Counted from the first letter of the stretch, positions 12,018-22,477 are shown. The stretch is 64,000 nucleotides of DNA from Acidobacteriota bacterium (GCA_029263315.1 JAJCXR010000035.1:375-64374); one strand, 5' to 3'. Numbers and translations are program-made. Notes: a model not told the origin generated them from the sequence alone.

Positions 12018-12236
12018 TTGTCGAAAGAAGACGCGATAGAGGTCGAAGCAGTGGTCACTGAGACCCTGCCCAATGCAATGTTCCGGGTCGAGCTGGAAAA
12101 CAAGCATCAGGTGCTTGCACACATCTCTGGAAAGATGCGTAAGCACTTCATTCGAATCCTGCCCGGCGATCGGGTCTTGGTTGAATTGTCGCCCTACGAT
12201 CTCAACCGAGGGCGGATAATCTACCGCTTGAAGTAG
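12018..12236 (+). CDS. infA: Translation initiation factor IF-1
   Basis: TTG start; [39 protein letters not shown]. Confidence 0.98.
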   Translation: MSKEDAIEVEAVVTETLPNAMFRVELENKHQVLAHISGKMRKHFIRILPGDRVLVELSPYDLNRGRIIYRLK

Positions 12237-12254
12237 GTAAGAGAGGCGAGACAG

Positions 12255-12368
12255 ATGAAAGTTCGAGCATCCGTGAAGCGCATTTGTTCGAAGTGCAAGG
12301 TCATTCGTCGACATGGTGTCGTGCGCGTGATCTGTGAAAATCCGAAGCACAAGCAGCGGCAAGGTTAG
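12255..12368 (+). CDS. rpmJ: 50S ribosomal protein L36 (absent from ORF track)
   Basis: Hand translation [37 protein letters not shown]. Confidence 0.98.
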   Translation: MKVRASVKRICSKCKVIRRHGVVRVICENPKHKQRQG

Positions 12369-12378
12369 GGAAAACGTC

Positions 12379-12759
12379 ATGGCACGCATAGCTGGGGTGG
12401 ACTTACCACCCAACAAACAGATTTGGGTGGGTCTTACTTATATCCATGGCATCGGTCCGTCTCGGGCCCGCGACATCTTGTCTCGGACCGACGTCGCGGA
12501 AACGACCAAGGCCAAGGATCTGACAGAGGATGAAGCCCGTCGTATTCGTAAGCTGATCCAGGACGAGATCCGGGTGGAGGGCGATTTGCGCAAGGAAGTC
12601 GCCCAGAACATCCGGCGTCTGATGGAGATTGGCTGTTATCGCGGGGTTCGTCATCGTCGAGGTCTACCGACCCGCGGTCAGCGCACCCACACCAACGCTC
12701 GTAGCCGCAAGGGGCCGCGACGTATGACCGTCGCCGGCAAGAAGCGGCCGACCAAATAA
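12379..12759 (+). CDS. rpsM: 30S ribosomal protein S13
   Basis: [33 protein letters not shown]. Confidence 0.98.
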   Translation: MARIAGVDLPPNKQIWVGLTYIHGIGPSRARDILSRTDVAETTKAKDLTEDEARRIRKLIQDEIRVEGDLRKEVAQNIRRLMEIGCYRGVRHRRGLPTRGQRTHTNARSRKGPRRMTVAGKKRPTK

Positions 12760-12778
12760 GCAGTAGAGGTAGGCGCTA

Positions 12779-13177
12779 ATGGCCAGAGGAAAGACCGATA
12801 AGAAGTCGACTCGCCGCAAGGACAAGCGGGTCGTTCCCCATGCCCAAGCAATCATTCAGGCGACGTTCAACAATACGTTGGTGACCATCGCCGATCCTGA
12901 AGGCAACGTCATCGGTTGGGCTTCCGCGGGTAAAGCGGGTTTCAAGGGTTCCCGAAAGGGCACGCCCTTCGCCGCCCAGATGGCGGGCAAGGATGCCGGC
13001 CAAGTAGCCAAGGACATGGGTGTGAGAACCATCGATGTCATGGTCAAGGGGCCGGGTGGCGGACGTGAGTCGGCGATCCGGGCGCTGCAGAGTGTTGGCC
13101 TGCGGGTCAACTCGATCCGTGACGCGACGCCTATTCCGCACAACGGCTGTCGCCCGCGCAAGCGTCGCCGCGTCTAG
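12779..13177 (+). CDS. rpsK: 30S ribosomal protein S11
   Basis: [29 protein letters not shown]. Confidence 0.98.
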   Translation: MARGKTDKKSTRRKDKRVVPHAQAIIQATFNNTLVTIADPEGNVIGWASAGKAGFKGSRKGTPFAAQMAGKDAGQVAKDMGVRTIDVMVKGPGGGRESAIRALQSVGLRVNSIRDATPIPHNGCRPRKRRRV

Positions 13178-13368
13178 GTCCCCAAAGACAAACCTTCGCG
13201 TCTCGACGTCGGTAGCAATCTGGCCGCCTGGCATCTTGCCCGGCGGCCTTGCCGTCGATTCGAGGCCCATCAGTTTCCAGTGGTCCATGCTTTGAAGTCG
13301 GGACCGCAAACCAACCAACCGTGTCCCGTAGCTTCGGGTCCTGTCACAAGAATCCGGAGGAGAAACCA

Positions 13369-13998
13369 GTGGCCAGATACACAGGTTCCGTTTGCCGGCT
13401 GTGCCGCCGGGAACGCATGAAGCTCTTTCTCAAGGGCGATCGTTGTTTCAAAGAGAAGTGCGCTATCGAGCGTCGTGCCTACCCGCCTGGGCAACACGGT
13501 CAACGCCGTGGTCGTCGGACGTTGGGCTACGGCCTGCAACTGCGAGAGAAGCAGCGGGTCAAGCGCATCTATGGTGTCTTGGAACGTCAGTTCCGCAACT
13601 ACTTCAAGAAGGCTGACCGCAAAAAGGGCATCACCGGTGAGAACTTGCTCATCGCCCTCGAGAGCCGTCTCGACAACGCGGTCTACAGCTTGGGCTTTGG
13701 TGCCTCTCGGTCACAGGCTCGACAGCTGGTCCGGCATGGTCACATCCACGTCAACGGGCAGAAGGTCACCATTCCCTCCTTCGAGGTCAGTGTGAACCAG
13801 GTCGTTTCGGTGAAAGAGAGTAGCCGCAAGAACGACTTCATCCGCGCCAGCGTCGAAACGGCCAGGGGGCGTGGAGTCCCGGAATGGCTAGAGCTTGACG
13901 CCGAAAATTTCACCGGTAAGGTCGTCAGCATGCCGGTCCGCGATCAAATCAAGATCCCGATTCAAGAGCAGCTCATCGTCGAGCTCTACAGTCGATAG
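13369..13998 (+). CDS. rpsD: 30S ribosomal protein S4
   Basis: GTG start; [43 protein letters not shown]. Confidence 0.98.
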   Translation: MARYTGSVCRLCRRERMKLFLKGDRCFKEKCAIERRAYPPGQHGQRRGRRTLGYGLQLREKQRVKRIYGVLERQFRNYFKKADRKKGITGENLLIALESRLDNAVYSLGFGASRSQARQLVRHGHIHVNGQKVTIPSFEVSVNQVVSVKESSRKNDFIRASVETARGRGVPEWLELDAENFTGKVVSMPVRDQIKIPIQEQLIVELYSR

Positions 13999-14055
13999 GT
14001 CTCGGTTTCTCGGTAACTTTTTCATCGAGACGAATTCCGAGAAAGGAGTACTTCC

Positions 14056-15048
14056 ATGCTTTGGAAGGGTTTTCAGCGCCCCAAGCGCGTAGATATTGAT
14101 AAAGAGACGATTACCCCAACGTACGCGAAATTTTCGGCTCAGCCCTTTGAGCGCGGCTTTGCGACGACGGTGGGCAATGCCCTGCGGCGGTGCCTGCTTT
14201 CCTCTATTGAGGGAGCAGCGGTCACCGCGATCCATATCGAGGGTGTCTTGCATGAGTTCTCGTCGATCCCCGGGGTCCTCGAGGACGTCATTGACGTCAT
14301 CCTCAATCTCCGCAGTGTGCCGATTCGCCTCAACAGCGAAGAGGCCAAATACCTGAGTGTCGATATCCAGGGGCCTGGCGAAGTTCGCGCCGGAGACCTG
14401 ATGGGCGATCCTTCGGTGGAGATCTGTGATCCGGATCTTCTGATCGCCACGCTCAACGAGGAAGCTCACTTGCGCATGCAGGTGCAGGTGCAGACGGGTC
14501 GCGGTTACGTCACCGCCGACAAGAACTTCGACGAGTCGATGGGCATTGGCTGGGTTCCTGTGGATTCCGTCCATAGCCCGGTACGACGGGTCAATTTTCG
14601 CGTCGAGCCCGCCCGTGTGGGTCGAGCCACCGACTACGAGCGCCTTGTATTGGAGGTTCATACCAACGGTACGATTCCGCCCGAGGAAGGTGTCTCGCTT
14701 GCCGCCATGTTGGTGAGGGATCACCTGGGGATCTTCACCCACGCTGAGGAAAGCCTCAAGGAAGAAGCGCCGGCGCCGCAGAGCGAAGAGCTCAGCGGTC
14801 TCGACAAAGTGCTGGGCAAGAGCATCGACGAGCTCGATCTCTCGGTTCGCTCGGCCAACTGTCTGAAGAATGCCAACATCTACACCCTGCGCGATCTCGT
14901 TCGCAAGAGCGAGAAGGAGATGCTCGAAACGAAGAACTTCGGTAAGAAGTCCCTCGAAGAGCTGCAGGATGTGCTCGGTAAGCTGGGCCTCAGTTTCGGC
15001 ATGGACGTGCCGGCTGATCCGCCGCCGGGTCTCGATCTCGCTGTTTGA
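14056..15048 (+). CDS. rpoA: DNA-directed RNA polymerase subunit alpha
   Basis: PFERGFATTVGNALRRCLLSSI, LSVRSANCLK, NFGKKSL. Confidence 0.99.
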   Translation: MLWKGFQRPKRVDIDKETITPTYAKFSAQPFERGFATTVGNALRRCLLSSIEGAAVTAIHIEGVLHEFSSIPGVLEDVIDVILNLRSVPIRLNSEEAKYLSVDIQGPGEVRAGDLMGDPSVEICDPDLLIATLNEEAHLRMQVQVQTGRGYVTADKNFDESMGIGWVPVDSVHSPVRRVNFRVEPARVGRATDYERLVLEVHTNGTIPPEEGVSLAAMLVRDHLGIFTHAEESLKEEAPAPQSEELSGLDKVLGKSIDELDLSVRSANCLKNANIYTLRDLVRKSEKEMLETKNFGKKSLEELQDVLGKLGLSFGMDVPADPPPGLDLAV

Positions 15049-15065
15049 GCTGAAGGAGATACGTC

Positions 15066-15455
15066 ATGCGACACGCAATGCGCGGCAGGAAGCTAGGCCG
15101 CACAACCGCCCACCGTTGGGCGATGTTCCGCAATCAGCTGCAGTCGTTGGTCGAGCACGAGCGGATCATCACGACCCTGCCGAAGGCCAAAGAGCTGCGA
15201 CCGATTTTCGAAAAGGCCATCACCCAAGGCAAACGTGGAACCGTCCACGCCCGCCGTCGGGTGCGGCGCGTCATCCCCAACCGGCTTCTCGTCAAGAAGC
15301 TGTTCGACGATATTGCACCGCGTTTTGCGGATCGCAATGGCGGGTATACCCGCATCATCAAGCTCGGACCCCGCAAGGGTGACGGCGCTGAAATGGCGTT
15401 GATCGAGTTGGTGGATTACGAGCTCGGGCAGGATTCCTCAGAGTCCGACGATTGA
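15066..15455 (+). CDS. rplQ: 50S ribosomal protein L17
   Basis: [44 protein letters not shown]. Confidence 0.98.
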   Translation: MRHAMRGRKLGRTTAHRWAMFRNQLQSLVEHERIITTLPKAKELRPIFEKAITQGKRGTVHARRRVRRVIPNRLLVKKLFDDIAPRFADRNGGYTRIIKLGPRKGDGAEMALIELVDYELGQDSSESDD

Positions 15456-15481
15456 TCTCTGAGCTGTTTATCGATCGTTAG

Positions 15482-15512
15482 AAAAGCCGACGCCTTTGGG
15501 CGTCGGCTTTTT
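15482..15512 (+). terminator. Intrinsic terminator closing the alpha operon
   Basis: AAAAGCCGACGCC-TTTG-GGCGTCGGCTTTT stem followed by a T-tract. Confidence 0.9.
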
Positions 15513-15564
15513 GCGTTTCAGGCGTCGAGTATTCCGGACTTCCGAGGATAAGAATTTGATCACC

Positions 15565-16011
15565 ATGACCCTCCTAGGCCTCACGACCTTTGTTCTCGGG
15601 CTGTTCGCCGGAAGCATGCTGACGGAAGCCGTCATTCTGGTGCCCTATTGGCGGTCGATGGAAGCGAAAACCTTCTTCGACCTCCACAGCACCCTGGGGC
15701 CGCAGCTCTACCGTTATTTTGCGCCACTCACCATCGCGGCGACCCTAATTCCAACGGCTACCGCCATCTTTTTCGTCTGGCGTGGCGGAAGCATGGGGGC
15801 CTACCCAACGTGGAGCTCGCTCTCGATGCTGGCCACCCTTGGAATCTATTTTCTGTATTTCAAGGCGGCCAATGAGAGCTTCGCCACCGGATCCGCTGGG
15901 GTTGCAGGGTTGGCGGCGGAATTGAGGAGATGGTGGATTTGGCAATGGATCAGAACCGTCATCGCGCTGGGGGCTTTTGGACTCTCGATTCTGGCAGTTG
16001 CTGGGATTTGA
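15565..16011 (+). CDS. DUF1772/anthrone-oxygenase-like membrane protein
   Basis: Four hydrophobic segments, GLFAG near the N-terminus, ANESF and WxxWQWIRT pattern near the C-terminus; start 15565 or TTG 15556. Confidence 0.65.
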   Translation: MTLLGLTTFVLGLFAGSMLTEAVILVPYWRSMEAKTFFDLHSTLGPQLYRYFAPLTIAATLIPTATAIFFVWRGGSMGAYPTWSSLSMLATLGIYFLYFKAANESFATGSAGVAGLAAELRRWWIWQWIRTVIALGAFGLSILAVAGI

Positions 16012-16080
16012 GGCTGCGGTGGAGCGCGGTCCTGGGAATACACTCACAGGCGGATTGCTCTATCCATGGCAGCTAAACCA

Positions 16081-16130
16081 GCATCATCAAGCTTGGACCC
16101 CGTAAGGGCGCCGGTGCTGAGATGGCGCTT
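16081..16130 (+). pseudogene. 50-nt diverged relic of the rplQ 3' coding region
   Basis: 42/50 identical to 15352-15401; encodes [16 protein letters not shown] vs [16 protein letters not shown]. Confidence 0.8.
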
Positions 16131-16246
16131 TGCAAGATCCAACGCGACGCAGCTGTCGAAGTAATCTCTGACGCCTTCCACGGCTGGACCGCATTTGAGG
16201 CCTGAGCTGATCTGACCCATCACCTGCTTAAAGATAGGAGAACCCC

Positions 16247-16939
16247 GTGCACGACCACAACACCCAACGTATTCTTATGGTCCTCACATCCCATGACGAG
16301 CTCGGAGATACCGGAAAAAAGACGGGCTTCTGGCTCGAAGAGTTTGCCGCCCCCTATTACCTGCTGAAAGACGCCGGTGTCGAGGTTACCTTGGCTTCCC
16401 CCAAAGGCGGGCAGCCACCGCTCGATCCGAAGAGCGACGAGCCGGACAACCAGACCGACATGACCCGGCGCTTCAAATCCGACCCGGCGGCTCAGAAAGC
16501 TCTGGCCAACACCACAAAGCTGGCTGATGTCTCGGCCGAGGATTTCGACGCTGTCTTCTATCCCGGTGGACATGGACCGATGTGGGACTTGCCGACCAAC
16601 AAGACATCCATTGCACTGATCGAGGCCTTTGTGAAGGCCGACAAGCCGGTGGGAGCGGTGTGCCATGCGCCCGCGGTGCTGGTCAACGTACGCCGAGGGG
16701 ATGGCGAGTATCTCGTCAAGGGTAAGCAGGTGACCGGCTTCACGAATGACGAAGAAGACGCCGTGGGGCTAAGCGACGTGGTGCCGTTTCTCCTGGAAGA
16801 CAAGCTCAAGGAACGGGGAGGCGTCTACAGCAAAGCCGGCACGTTCGAGCCGTTTGTTAAAGTCGACGGCAAGTTGGTGACCGGGCAGAATCCGCCGTCG
16901 TCCGCACCGACAGCCGAAGCGCTCCTGAAGCTGCTCTAA
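16247..16939 (+). CDS. DJ-1/PfpI (type 1 glutamine amidotransferase-like) family protein
   Basis: TGFWLEEFAAPY, ASPKGG, YPGGHGPMWDL, AVCHAP, TGQNP; AGGAG RBS before GTG. Confidence 0.92.
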   Translation: MHDHNTQRILMVLTSHDELGDTGKKTGFWLEEFAAPYYLLKDAGVEVTLASPKGGQPPLDPKSDEPDNQTDMTRRFKSDPAAQKALANTTKLADVSAEDFDAVFYPGGHGPMWDLPTNKTSIALIEAFVKADKPVGAVCHAPAVLVNVRRGDGEYLVKGKQVTGFTNDEEDAVGLSDVVPFLLEDKLKERGGVYSKAGTFEPFVKVDGKLVTGQNPPSSAPTAEALLKLL

Positions 16940-17048
16940 GCTGGCGGATTACCGATGCAGCTAGACATGGAATCAGAGCGTCAAGAGGCGACGCTGGCTG
17001 GTCGAAGTACCTCAATTCGATCGGCACAGCCCGAAACCCTGACCGTCA

Positions 17049-18710
17049 TCACAGTTTCCGCAAATACCGAATCACCCCGACCGGTGACGCTGCCGCGGCC
17101 CCCAACAGTCCACCGAGCATGGCCCCCATGACGCCCACCATGCCGACTTCGCTGCCGGCGAAGTAGAGGTTAGGGATCGGCGAGCGGGGTTCCAAGGAGC
17201 GGCTTCGGAAGCGTTCGGGGGTGGGTTCGAGGCCGTAGATCGAGCCCGCCTGGGGACGCACGAAGTGGTCGGTGGAGGCGGGGGTGGAGAGCTCGACATA
17301 GTCGATGAGCGGCTCCAACTCGGGCATGTGCTGGAGGAACTGTTGCAGCAGGGCCTCTTGCAGCTCGTCTTTGAAGCTCTCGTAGGCGATGCCCCGATGT
17401 TTCCATTGGCTGCCTTGCCAGGATGCGAAGTCTTCCCAAGGCACAAAGGTAATGACCTCGCCGGTATGACGTTGCTCGTCGCCGGGATCGTGCTCAGGGT
17501 CTTTGAGGCTCGGAAAGCTGCAGTAGAGGATGGGCGCTTTGCCCATGGGGCCACCGGGTTGGACGTGCCAGATGTCGTCCTCAGAGCTCCAGGTTTGGTA
17601 GAACCACTTGTTGGCTGCCGACGCCCCAGCCTGGCGGATGTCCCCCTTGAACCCTAGGTAGAGGCAGACATGGGCCGGCCCCGGCGTCAGCTGCGAGGCT
17701 TCGACGGCCCAAGCCTGCTGGGCCTCGCTTGTGGGCAGAAGTCGGTTGACGGTGGCGCCGACGCCGACGGCGCTGATCACCCGTTTGGCTCGGATCTCCT
17801 CGCCCCCCACCAAGCGCACGCCGACCGCTTTTCCCTTGTCGATGAGGATCTGTTCGACGTCCGCCAGGATGCGCGTCCAACCGCCGTTCTCCGCCACCGT
17901 TCCCAGGAGGCAGCGGGCGATGTTGGGTGATCCCCCCACCGGATAGTAGCCGCCGTGGGCGTAGTGACGACTGACCATGGCTTGCACGGCGAACGAGGCA
18001 CGGCTGGGCACGGTGCCGTAGTAGCCCCATTGGGCGGTGAGCAGGGTGCGCAGTTTGGGATTGTCGGTCAAGCCGGTGACCACCTCTTCGACGGTCTTGT
18101 CGAGGAAGCCCTGGGCTTTGCGGGCCAGCAGCCATTGCACCGGCGGGACGAGGCGCCGCGGTACGGCCCGGGAGACGAAATAGCCCTTGATCGTCGCCGC
18201 CACCTCGCGCACCAACTGGAGGTAACGGTCGATCGCCTCCGCCTCGTCCGGAAAGGCGGCGACCAGATTGGCGCGGAACTGTTGGGGCGTGTCGGGAAAC
18301 TCGATGTGCAGGCCGTCGGGGAAGAAGAACTCGTCGTAGACCGGGCCGAGGCTGGCCCATTTGAGCCTGCCGCGGGACAGGCTGCGCAGGAGCCGCCCGG
18401 TGAGGGAATGTTCCGTGACGTCGCCGATGGCGTGCACGCCGACGTCCCAGACATATCCCTTGCGCGGGAAAGCGTGAGTAAATCCTCCGGGTACATAGTG
18501 TTGCTCGAGCACCAGCACTCGGCGCCCGGTTTCGCTGAGGATGGCGGCGGCTGTCATGCCCCCCATGCCCGAGCCGATGACCAGATCGTCCCACGGACCC
18601 TCCGGTGAGTGCCGGCTCCAGGGTTTGCTGAGGCGCACCTTGGCGGACCGCCGTGCATTGGTAGTGGCGGTGCCCTGTTGCGCTGTCGAAGTGGAACTGT
18701 TGTCGCCCAC
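17049..18710 (-). CDS. Phytoene desaturase / retinol saturase-like FAD oxidoreductase
   Basis: VIGSGMGGMTAA Rossmann motif, LEQHYVPGGFTH, YYPVGGS, ELSTP, GSIYGL, NLYFAG. Confidence 0.85.
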   Translation of the reverse strand: MGDNSSTSTAQQGTATTNARRSAKVRLSKPWSRHSPEGPWDDLVIGSGMGGMTAAAILSETGRRVLVLEQHYVPGGFTHAFPRKGYVWDVGVHAIGDVTEHSLTGRLLRSLSRGRLKWASLGPVYDEFFFPDGLHIEFPDTPQQFRANLVAAFPDEAEAIDRYLQLVREVAATIKGYFVSRAVPRRLVPPVQWLLARKAQGFLDKTVEEVVTGLTDNPKLRTLLTAQWGYYGTVPSRASFAVQAMVSRHYAHGGYYPVGGSPNIARCLLGTVAENGGWTRILADVEQILIDKGKAVGVRLVGGEEIRAKRVISAVGVGATVNRLLPTSEAQQAWAVEASQLTPGPAHVCLYLGFKGDIRQAGASAANKWFYQTWSSEDDIWHVQPGGPMGKAPILYCSFPSLKDPEHDPGDEQRHTGEVITFVPWEDFASWQGSQWKHRGIAYESFKDELQEALLQQFLQHMPELEPLIDYVELSTPASTDHFVRPQAGSIYGLEPTPERFRSRSLEPRSPIPNLYFAGSEVGMVGVMGAMLGGLLGAAAASPVGVIRYLRKL

Positions 18711-18987
18711 GTGGATCTCCTGATCGGGTGCTGGGGTGGCGAGGGTCGAGTGTCACATCACGGTAGCGCAGTGTACCCCAAGGGGGGCACCTCGATCCCC
18801 GAGCCCAGGAAGCGTACGTCGACCTCGTCCGTCGGAACCTTGACCGACCAGCAACTTGGGCTGACCAGCCCACCGAGGGTACGGTATGGCCCTGGTACGG
18901 GCCCAGCGATGGCAGCCACCTGTTAGTTTTTCCGAACAGTCGGCGGCGTGAAAAGCTCGAGAAGCGGCCCCTGGGATACCGCGAACC

Positions 18988-19003
18988 TGGCATTGGCCTT
19001 GCT
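18988..19003 (+). promoter_or_regulatory. Putative sigma54 (-24/-12) promoter
   Basis: TGGCATTGGCCTTGCT: GG-N10-GC spacing with TT before GC, upstream of an operon that ends in a sigma54 activator. Confidence 0.6.
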
Positions 19004-19050
19004 TGGCTCAATGGCTTCACAAGGTCGATGAATTCCCCGCGGAGATCCCG

Positions 19051-20505
19051 ATGAGAAGATCGTTGTTGGCGCTTCAGCCTGCCCCTGTGCAGGCACCTCG
19101 AGATGGCGGCCTGGCCCGTCATCTCAAGAAGCTGTCGCCCTCCAAACGCGGCATCCTATGGCTCATCCTGGTGCTTTCTGCGGTGTCGTGGGCTCAGGCT
19201 AGCCCGGGTCGCAAAGGGTTCGAGGAACCGCGGTTTTTCATCGAAAGCATCAGTGTAGAAGGGGTTCGTCGCTCGTCGCCGAAGCTTATTCTTTCGGAGT
19301 CGCTGTTGGTCGCAGGGCAGGAATACAGCGAGCCTGAGTTGTTGGAAGCGGTGAACCGGATTCAGCGTCTGCCGTTCATTTTCGACGCCGGCTTCTCTTT
19401 GGGGCGAGGCTCGGAGCGGGGTAAGTTGGATTTGTCGATCACGGTCAAGGAAGTGGCACGGTTTTTCTTCGGTGCCGATACCGAAACCACGGTCTTCGTT
19501 CGCGACTTGGCCTTGGAGCGAAGCCTTGCCGATGGCGCCAGCACGGACTTGGATCTGGTGGCCGGCATGCGTTTCTTCATGGGTCAGTATGGATCCTTTT
19601 TCGCCGCCGTTTCGAGCGCCGAAACGGTGCAACTGGGTTTGACCCGCTACCAGGTGTTCGGTCATCGCGTTTTTCTCAGCTTAGGTCTGCTGCGCCAAGG
19701 CTGTTGTCCCGCGACGGTGCGGCCTTTGGGGCTCGACCCCACCTTCAGCAGCTGGACCAGTGAGGGCGACTCGACCCGCGGCAATTTCACCCTGGGGGTT
19801 CCGCTGCGCGGCGACCACTCCCTACGTTTTGATGCCTCGCGCTTCGAGAGCCCGGAAGGCAGCCGTCGCTTGGTACTGGATCCCTTGGATGCCGGCACCC
19901 TCGACATGCATCGGGATCTGGTGGACCAGCGTCTCGAACTGGCCTGGATCTATGACACCAGCGACGACCCTGATTTTCCGACGGAAGGTCGTTTCCTTTC
20001 TCTGGCCTTCGAGCTGCGGGAAGTGCGGGCCGACTTCCCGGTCTTCGCCCTCCCCTTGCCAACCGCAGACCAGGGCCAGCCCCCGGAGATGACGACCTTG
20101 CGTTCGCAGCTTTATCGCTTGGTGCTGGTGGGTACCCAACACTGGCCGGTGACCCACCGCCACACCTTGTCTGGGGGGCTGCGTCTGTCGGTGGGGACCA
20201 GCGATGTCGAGAATGTACCCTTGGAGGGACAGAGGTTGCTGAGCACCGAGGACCTCACCGTCTTCGAGGTGAATCTCGTGCTGCGCCACTCGATGCGCCT
20301 TTGGCGAGCTTCGCGCCATCTCGATTACCAGGAATTGCTTTGGCAGAACGTCTTCGAAGTGGGGCATGAAGGGACCTCCCCCAGTCTGGATCTGCTCAAT
20401 AACCCCCTCGACCGCTGGAGTTTCCAATCCTCGTTGGTCTTCCGCAGCACTTGGGGTGTCTTCCGCCTCGGATTGGCGGTGGAAGATGTGGGGAGGAATC
20501 TGTGA
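19051..20505 (+). CDS. Outer-membrane protein with N-terminal POTRA domain and predicted beta-barrel
   Basis: Signal-like ILWLILVLSAVSWAQA; IESISVEGVRRSSPKLILSESLL...EAVNRIQRLPF POTRA pattern; amphipathic strands; GGAG RBS 6 nt before ATG 19051. Confidence 0.65.
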   Translation: MRRSLLALQPAPVQAPRDGGLARHLKKLSPSKRGILWLILVLSAVSWAQASPGRKGFEEPRFFIESISVEGVRRSSPKLILSESLLVAGQEYSEPELLEAVNRIQRLPFIFDAGFSLGRGSERGKLDLSITVKEVARFFFGADTETTVFVRDLALERSLADGASTDLDLVAGMRFFMGQYGSFFAAVSSAETVQLGLTRYQVFGHRVFLSLGLLRQGCCPATVRPLGLDPTFSSWTSEGDSTRGNFTLGVPLRGDHSLRFDASRFESPEGSRRLVLDPLDAGTLDMHRDLVDQRLELAWIYDTSDDPDFPTEGRFLSLAFELREVRADFPVFALPLPTADQGQPPEMTTLRSQLYRLVLVGTQHWPVTHRHTLSGGLRLSVGTSDVENVPLEGQRLLSTEDLTVFEVNLVLRHSMRLWRASRHLDYQELLWQNVFEVGHEGTSPSLDLLNNPLDRWSFQSSLVFRSTWGVFRLGLAVEDVGRNL

Positions 20506-21167
20506 TCCGCTGGTTCCTCTTGGCCTTTTTCTGTGCCTCGACGATGCTGGCTCATGCCCCTCGGCTCGAAGTGTCCAGGACAGCCGACAGCACGGAGCAT
20601 TGGGTGGTGAGCCGTTTGCCGCCCATTCTCGACGATGACGAGATGCGTCGTCAGTTGGACACCGGCTTGACCACCAGCCTGGTGTTTCGTTTGACTTGGC
20701 GGGACCGTCAGGGCAAAAAAATTGAAGGCGGCGCCCGGGCGCAGATCCGTTACGAGCTGTGGGACGAGCTCTATGAGGTCGCCGTCTTGGATGGACAAGG
20801 GCGCCTCCAACGGGCCCAACTGGCGACCTTCGACGCCCTGGCGGCGTGGTGGTCCGAGTTGCGTTTGGTGGTGCTGGTGGCTTCCCCAGCCGCCGAGTTG
20901 CAAGATCCCCGGTTTCGCCCTTCGGCCCGTCTGAGTGTCGATGTTGTGCCCTTCTCCCGTGCCGAGCAACAGGACACCCAGCGCTGGTTTTCGGAATCTC
21001 TGGAGAAAGCGGGACGGGGCAATACCGAGGAGGTGGCCCGTTCGGTGGAAGAACCCGAGAAGCTGAGCCGAGTGCTCGGTTTGTTGATGGCCACGTCGAT
21101 CCAACGACGGGCCATTCTGACCCATCGTTGGAGCCTCGAGCCCAAACTGCTGAAGGCGGCGCCGTGA
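20502..21167 (+). CDS. Exported hypothetical protein, possibly DUF4390-like
   Basis: Signal peptide; LDTGLTTSLVFRL and IRYELWDELY resemble DUF4390; GTG overlaps the upstream stop; precedes the HK/RR pair. Confidence 0.5.
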   Translation: MIRWFLLAFFCASTMLAHAPRLEVSRTADSTEHWVVSRLPPILDDDEMRRQLDTGLTTSLVFRLTWRDRQGKKIEGGARAQIRYELWDELYEVAVLDGQGRLQRAQLATFDALAAWWSELRLVVLVASPAAELQDPRFRPSARLSVDVVPFSRAEQQDTQRWFSESLEKAGRGNTEEVARSVEEPEKLSRVLGLLMATSIQRRAILTHRWSLEPKLLKAAP

Positions 21168-22477
21168 GCTTGCCGCCACAGCTGCGGACGCCGTTGTTTG
21201 GGGCCATCCTCATGCTCTTGACGGCGATTCTGCTCTACCTCGCCTTTGAGCGTCATCTCGCCGGTGCGTGGTTCGCCTTTGGTGCCCACCCGGACATCCT
21301 CGCCGCCCTGGAAGAGGGGTTGGAGGATCAAAAGACCCTGGCCGAGCAGTCCCCCGAGCTACGGGATTTCTACCGACAGCGCTTCGAGCAACGCCAAGAG
21401 TTGGTGCAGCATTTGCGGATTCTCGATCACAGCCGAGAGCAGATCGTCGCCCGGTATCGTCAGCTGCTGCTCTTGGCTTTTGCCGCCACGGTATTCTCGA
21501 TCACCGCCCTATCGGTGGTCCGGGGGCGGCAACAGGCGCGACGCCTGAGCCGTCTAGGTGAAGCCCTCGAAGACTTGGCCCAGGGGCGAACCGATATCGT
21601 CGTCGGCGAGCACCGGCGGGACATCATCGGCCATATCGCCACCATGATCGAGCGCACTTCCCAGGTCATGGCCCGCGACCGTCGGCGCCTGGCGGTGTTG
21701 AAGAATCTTTCGGCCTGGCAAGAGGCGGCCCGTCGTCATGCCCATGAGATCCGCACGCCGTTGACCGGTGCCCGTCTCGAGCTCAGCCGGCTCAGCACCT
21801 TGCTCGAAGGTGAAAACCTCGAGCATTCAGACGAGGTCCGGCATGCGACACGCAGCGCCAATCAAGAGCTCGAGCGCCTGGGCCGTTTCACCCAGGAGTT
21901 CACTTCCTTCGCCCGCCTGCCGCGTCCGCGGTTGAAAGTGTGGGATCTGGCGGCCCTATTGATGGAATTTGTCGGCACCTTCGAGTCGGCATGGCCCAAC
22001 CTCGGCTTGCAGCTTGAACCTCCGCCGGAGGGCGGGGGCTCCAGCCCTGGGGCATCGTGGCATACCCTCATCGACCGCGACATGTTGCGTCAGGTGCTGG
22101 TGAACCTCTGCGACAACAGTGCCCTGGCCATGCCGCCGGAGCGTCGTGGGCAAATGATCTTTCGCCTGCGCCCAGGAGTGGGCCGAGAGATTTATCTAGA
22201 GGTGGCCGACGATGGTCCCGGAGTCGACCCGGCCGTCCGCCAACGCCTCTTCGAGCCCTACACCACCAGCCGCGGTATCGGCGAAGGCATGGGCCTCGGA
22301 TTGGCGATCTGCAAGAAGATCATGCTCGACCACGACGGGGATCTCGAGCTGCTCCATTCGTCGGAGGCGGGGACCACGTTTCGCCTCATTCTGCAACGCG
22401 CCGAGGAACCGACAGAGCCCTCCAACCCTTCACCCCGAGACGAGCCATCGCATCACCTTCAGGAGGACCCAGGATGA
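21164..22477 (+). CDS. Membrane sensor histidine kinase (NtrY-like)
   Basis: Two TM segments, HAMP-like linker, AHEIRTPL H-box, LVNLCDNS, DDGPG, LFEPY, GMGLGL. Confidence 0.92.
   Translation: MSLPPQLRTPLFGAILMLLTAILLYLAFERHLAGAWFAFGAHPDILAALEEGLEDQKTLAEQSPELRDFYRQRFEQRQELVQHLRILDHSREQIVARYRQLLLLAFAATVFSITALSVVRGRQQARRLSRLGEALEDLAQGRTDIVVGEHRRDIIGHIATMIERTSQVMARDRRRLAVLKNLSAWQEAARRHAHEIRTPLTGARLELSRLSTLLEGENLEHSDEVRHATRSANQELERLGRFTQEFTSFARLPRPRLKVWDLAALLMEFVGTFESAWPNLGLQLEPPPEGGGSSPGASWHTLIDRDMLRQVLVNLCDNSALAMPPERRGQMIFRLRPGVGREIYLEVADDGPGVDPAVRQRLFEPYTTSRGIGEGMGLGLAICKKIMLDHDGDLELLHSSEAGTTFRLILQRAEEPTEPSNPSPRDEPSHHLQEDPG

Noticed and set aside
20846-22473. Apparent N-terminal fusions on the HK (from 20846) and response regulator (from 22057); similarly adk from 10529
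   Set aside because: The extensions overlap upstream genes in other frames; true starts overlap the upstream stop codons.
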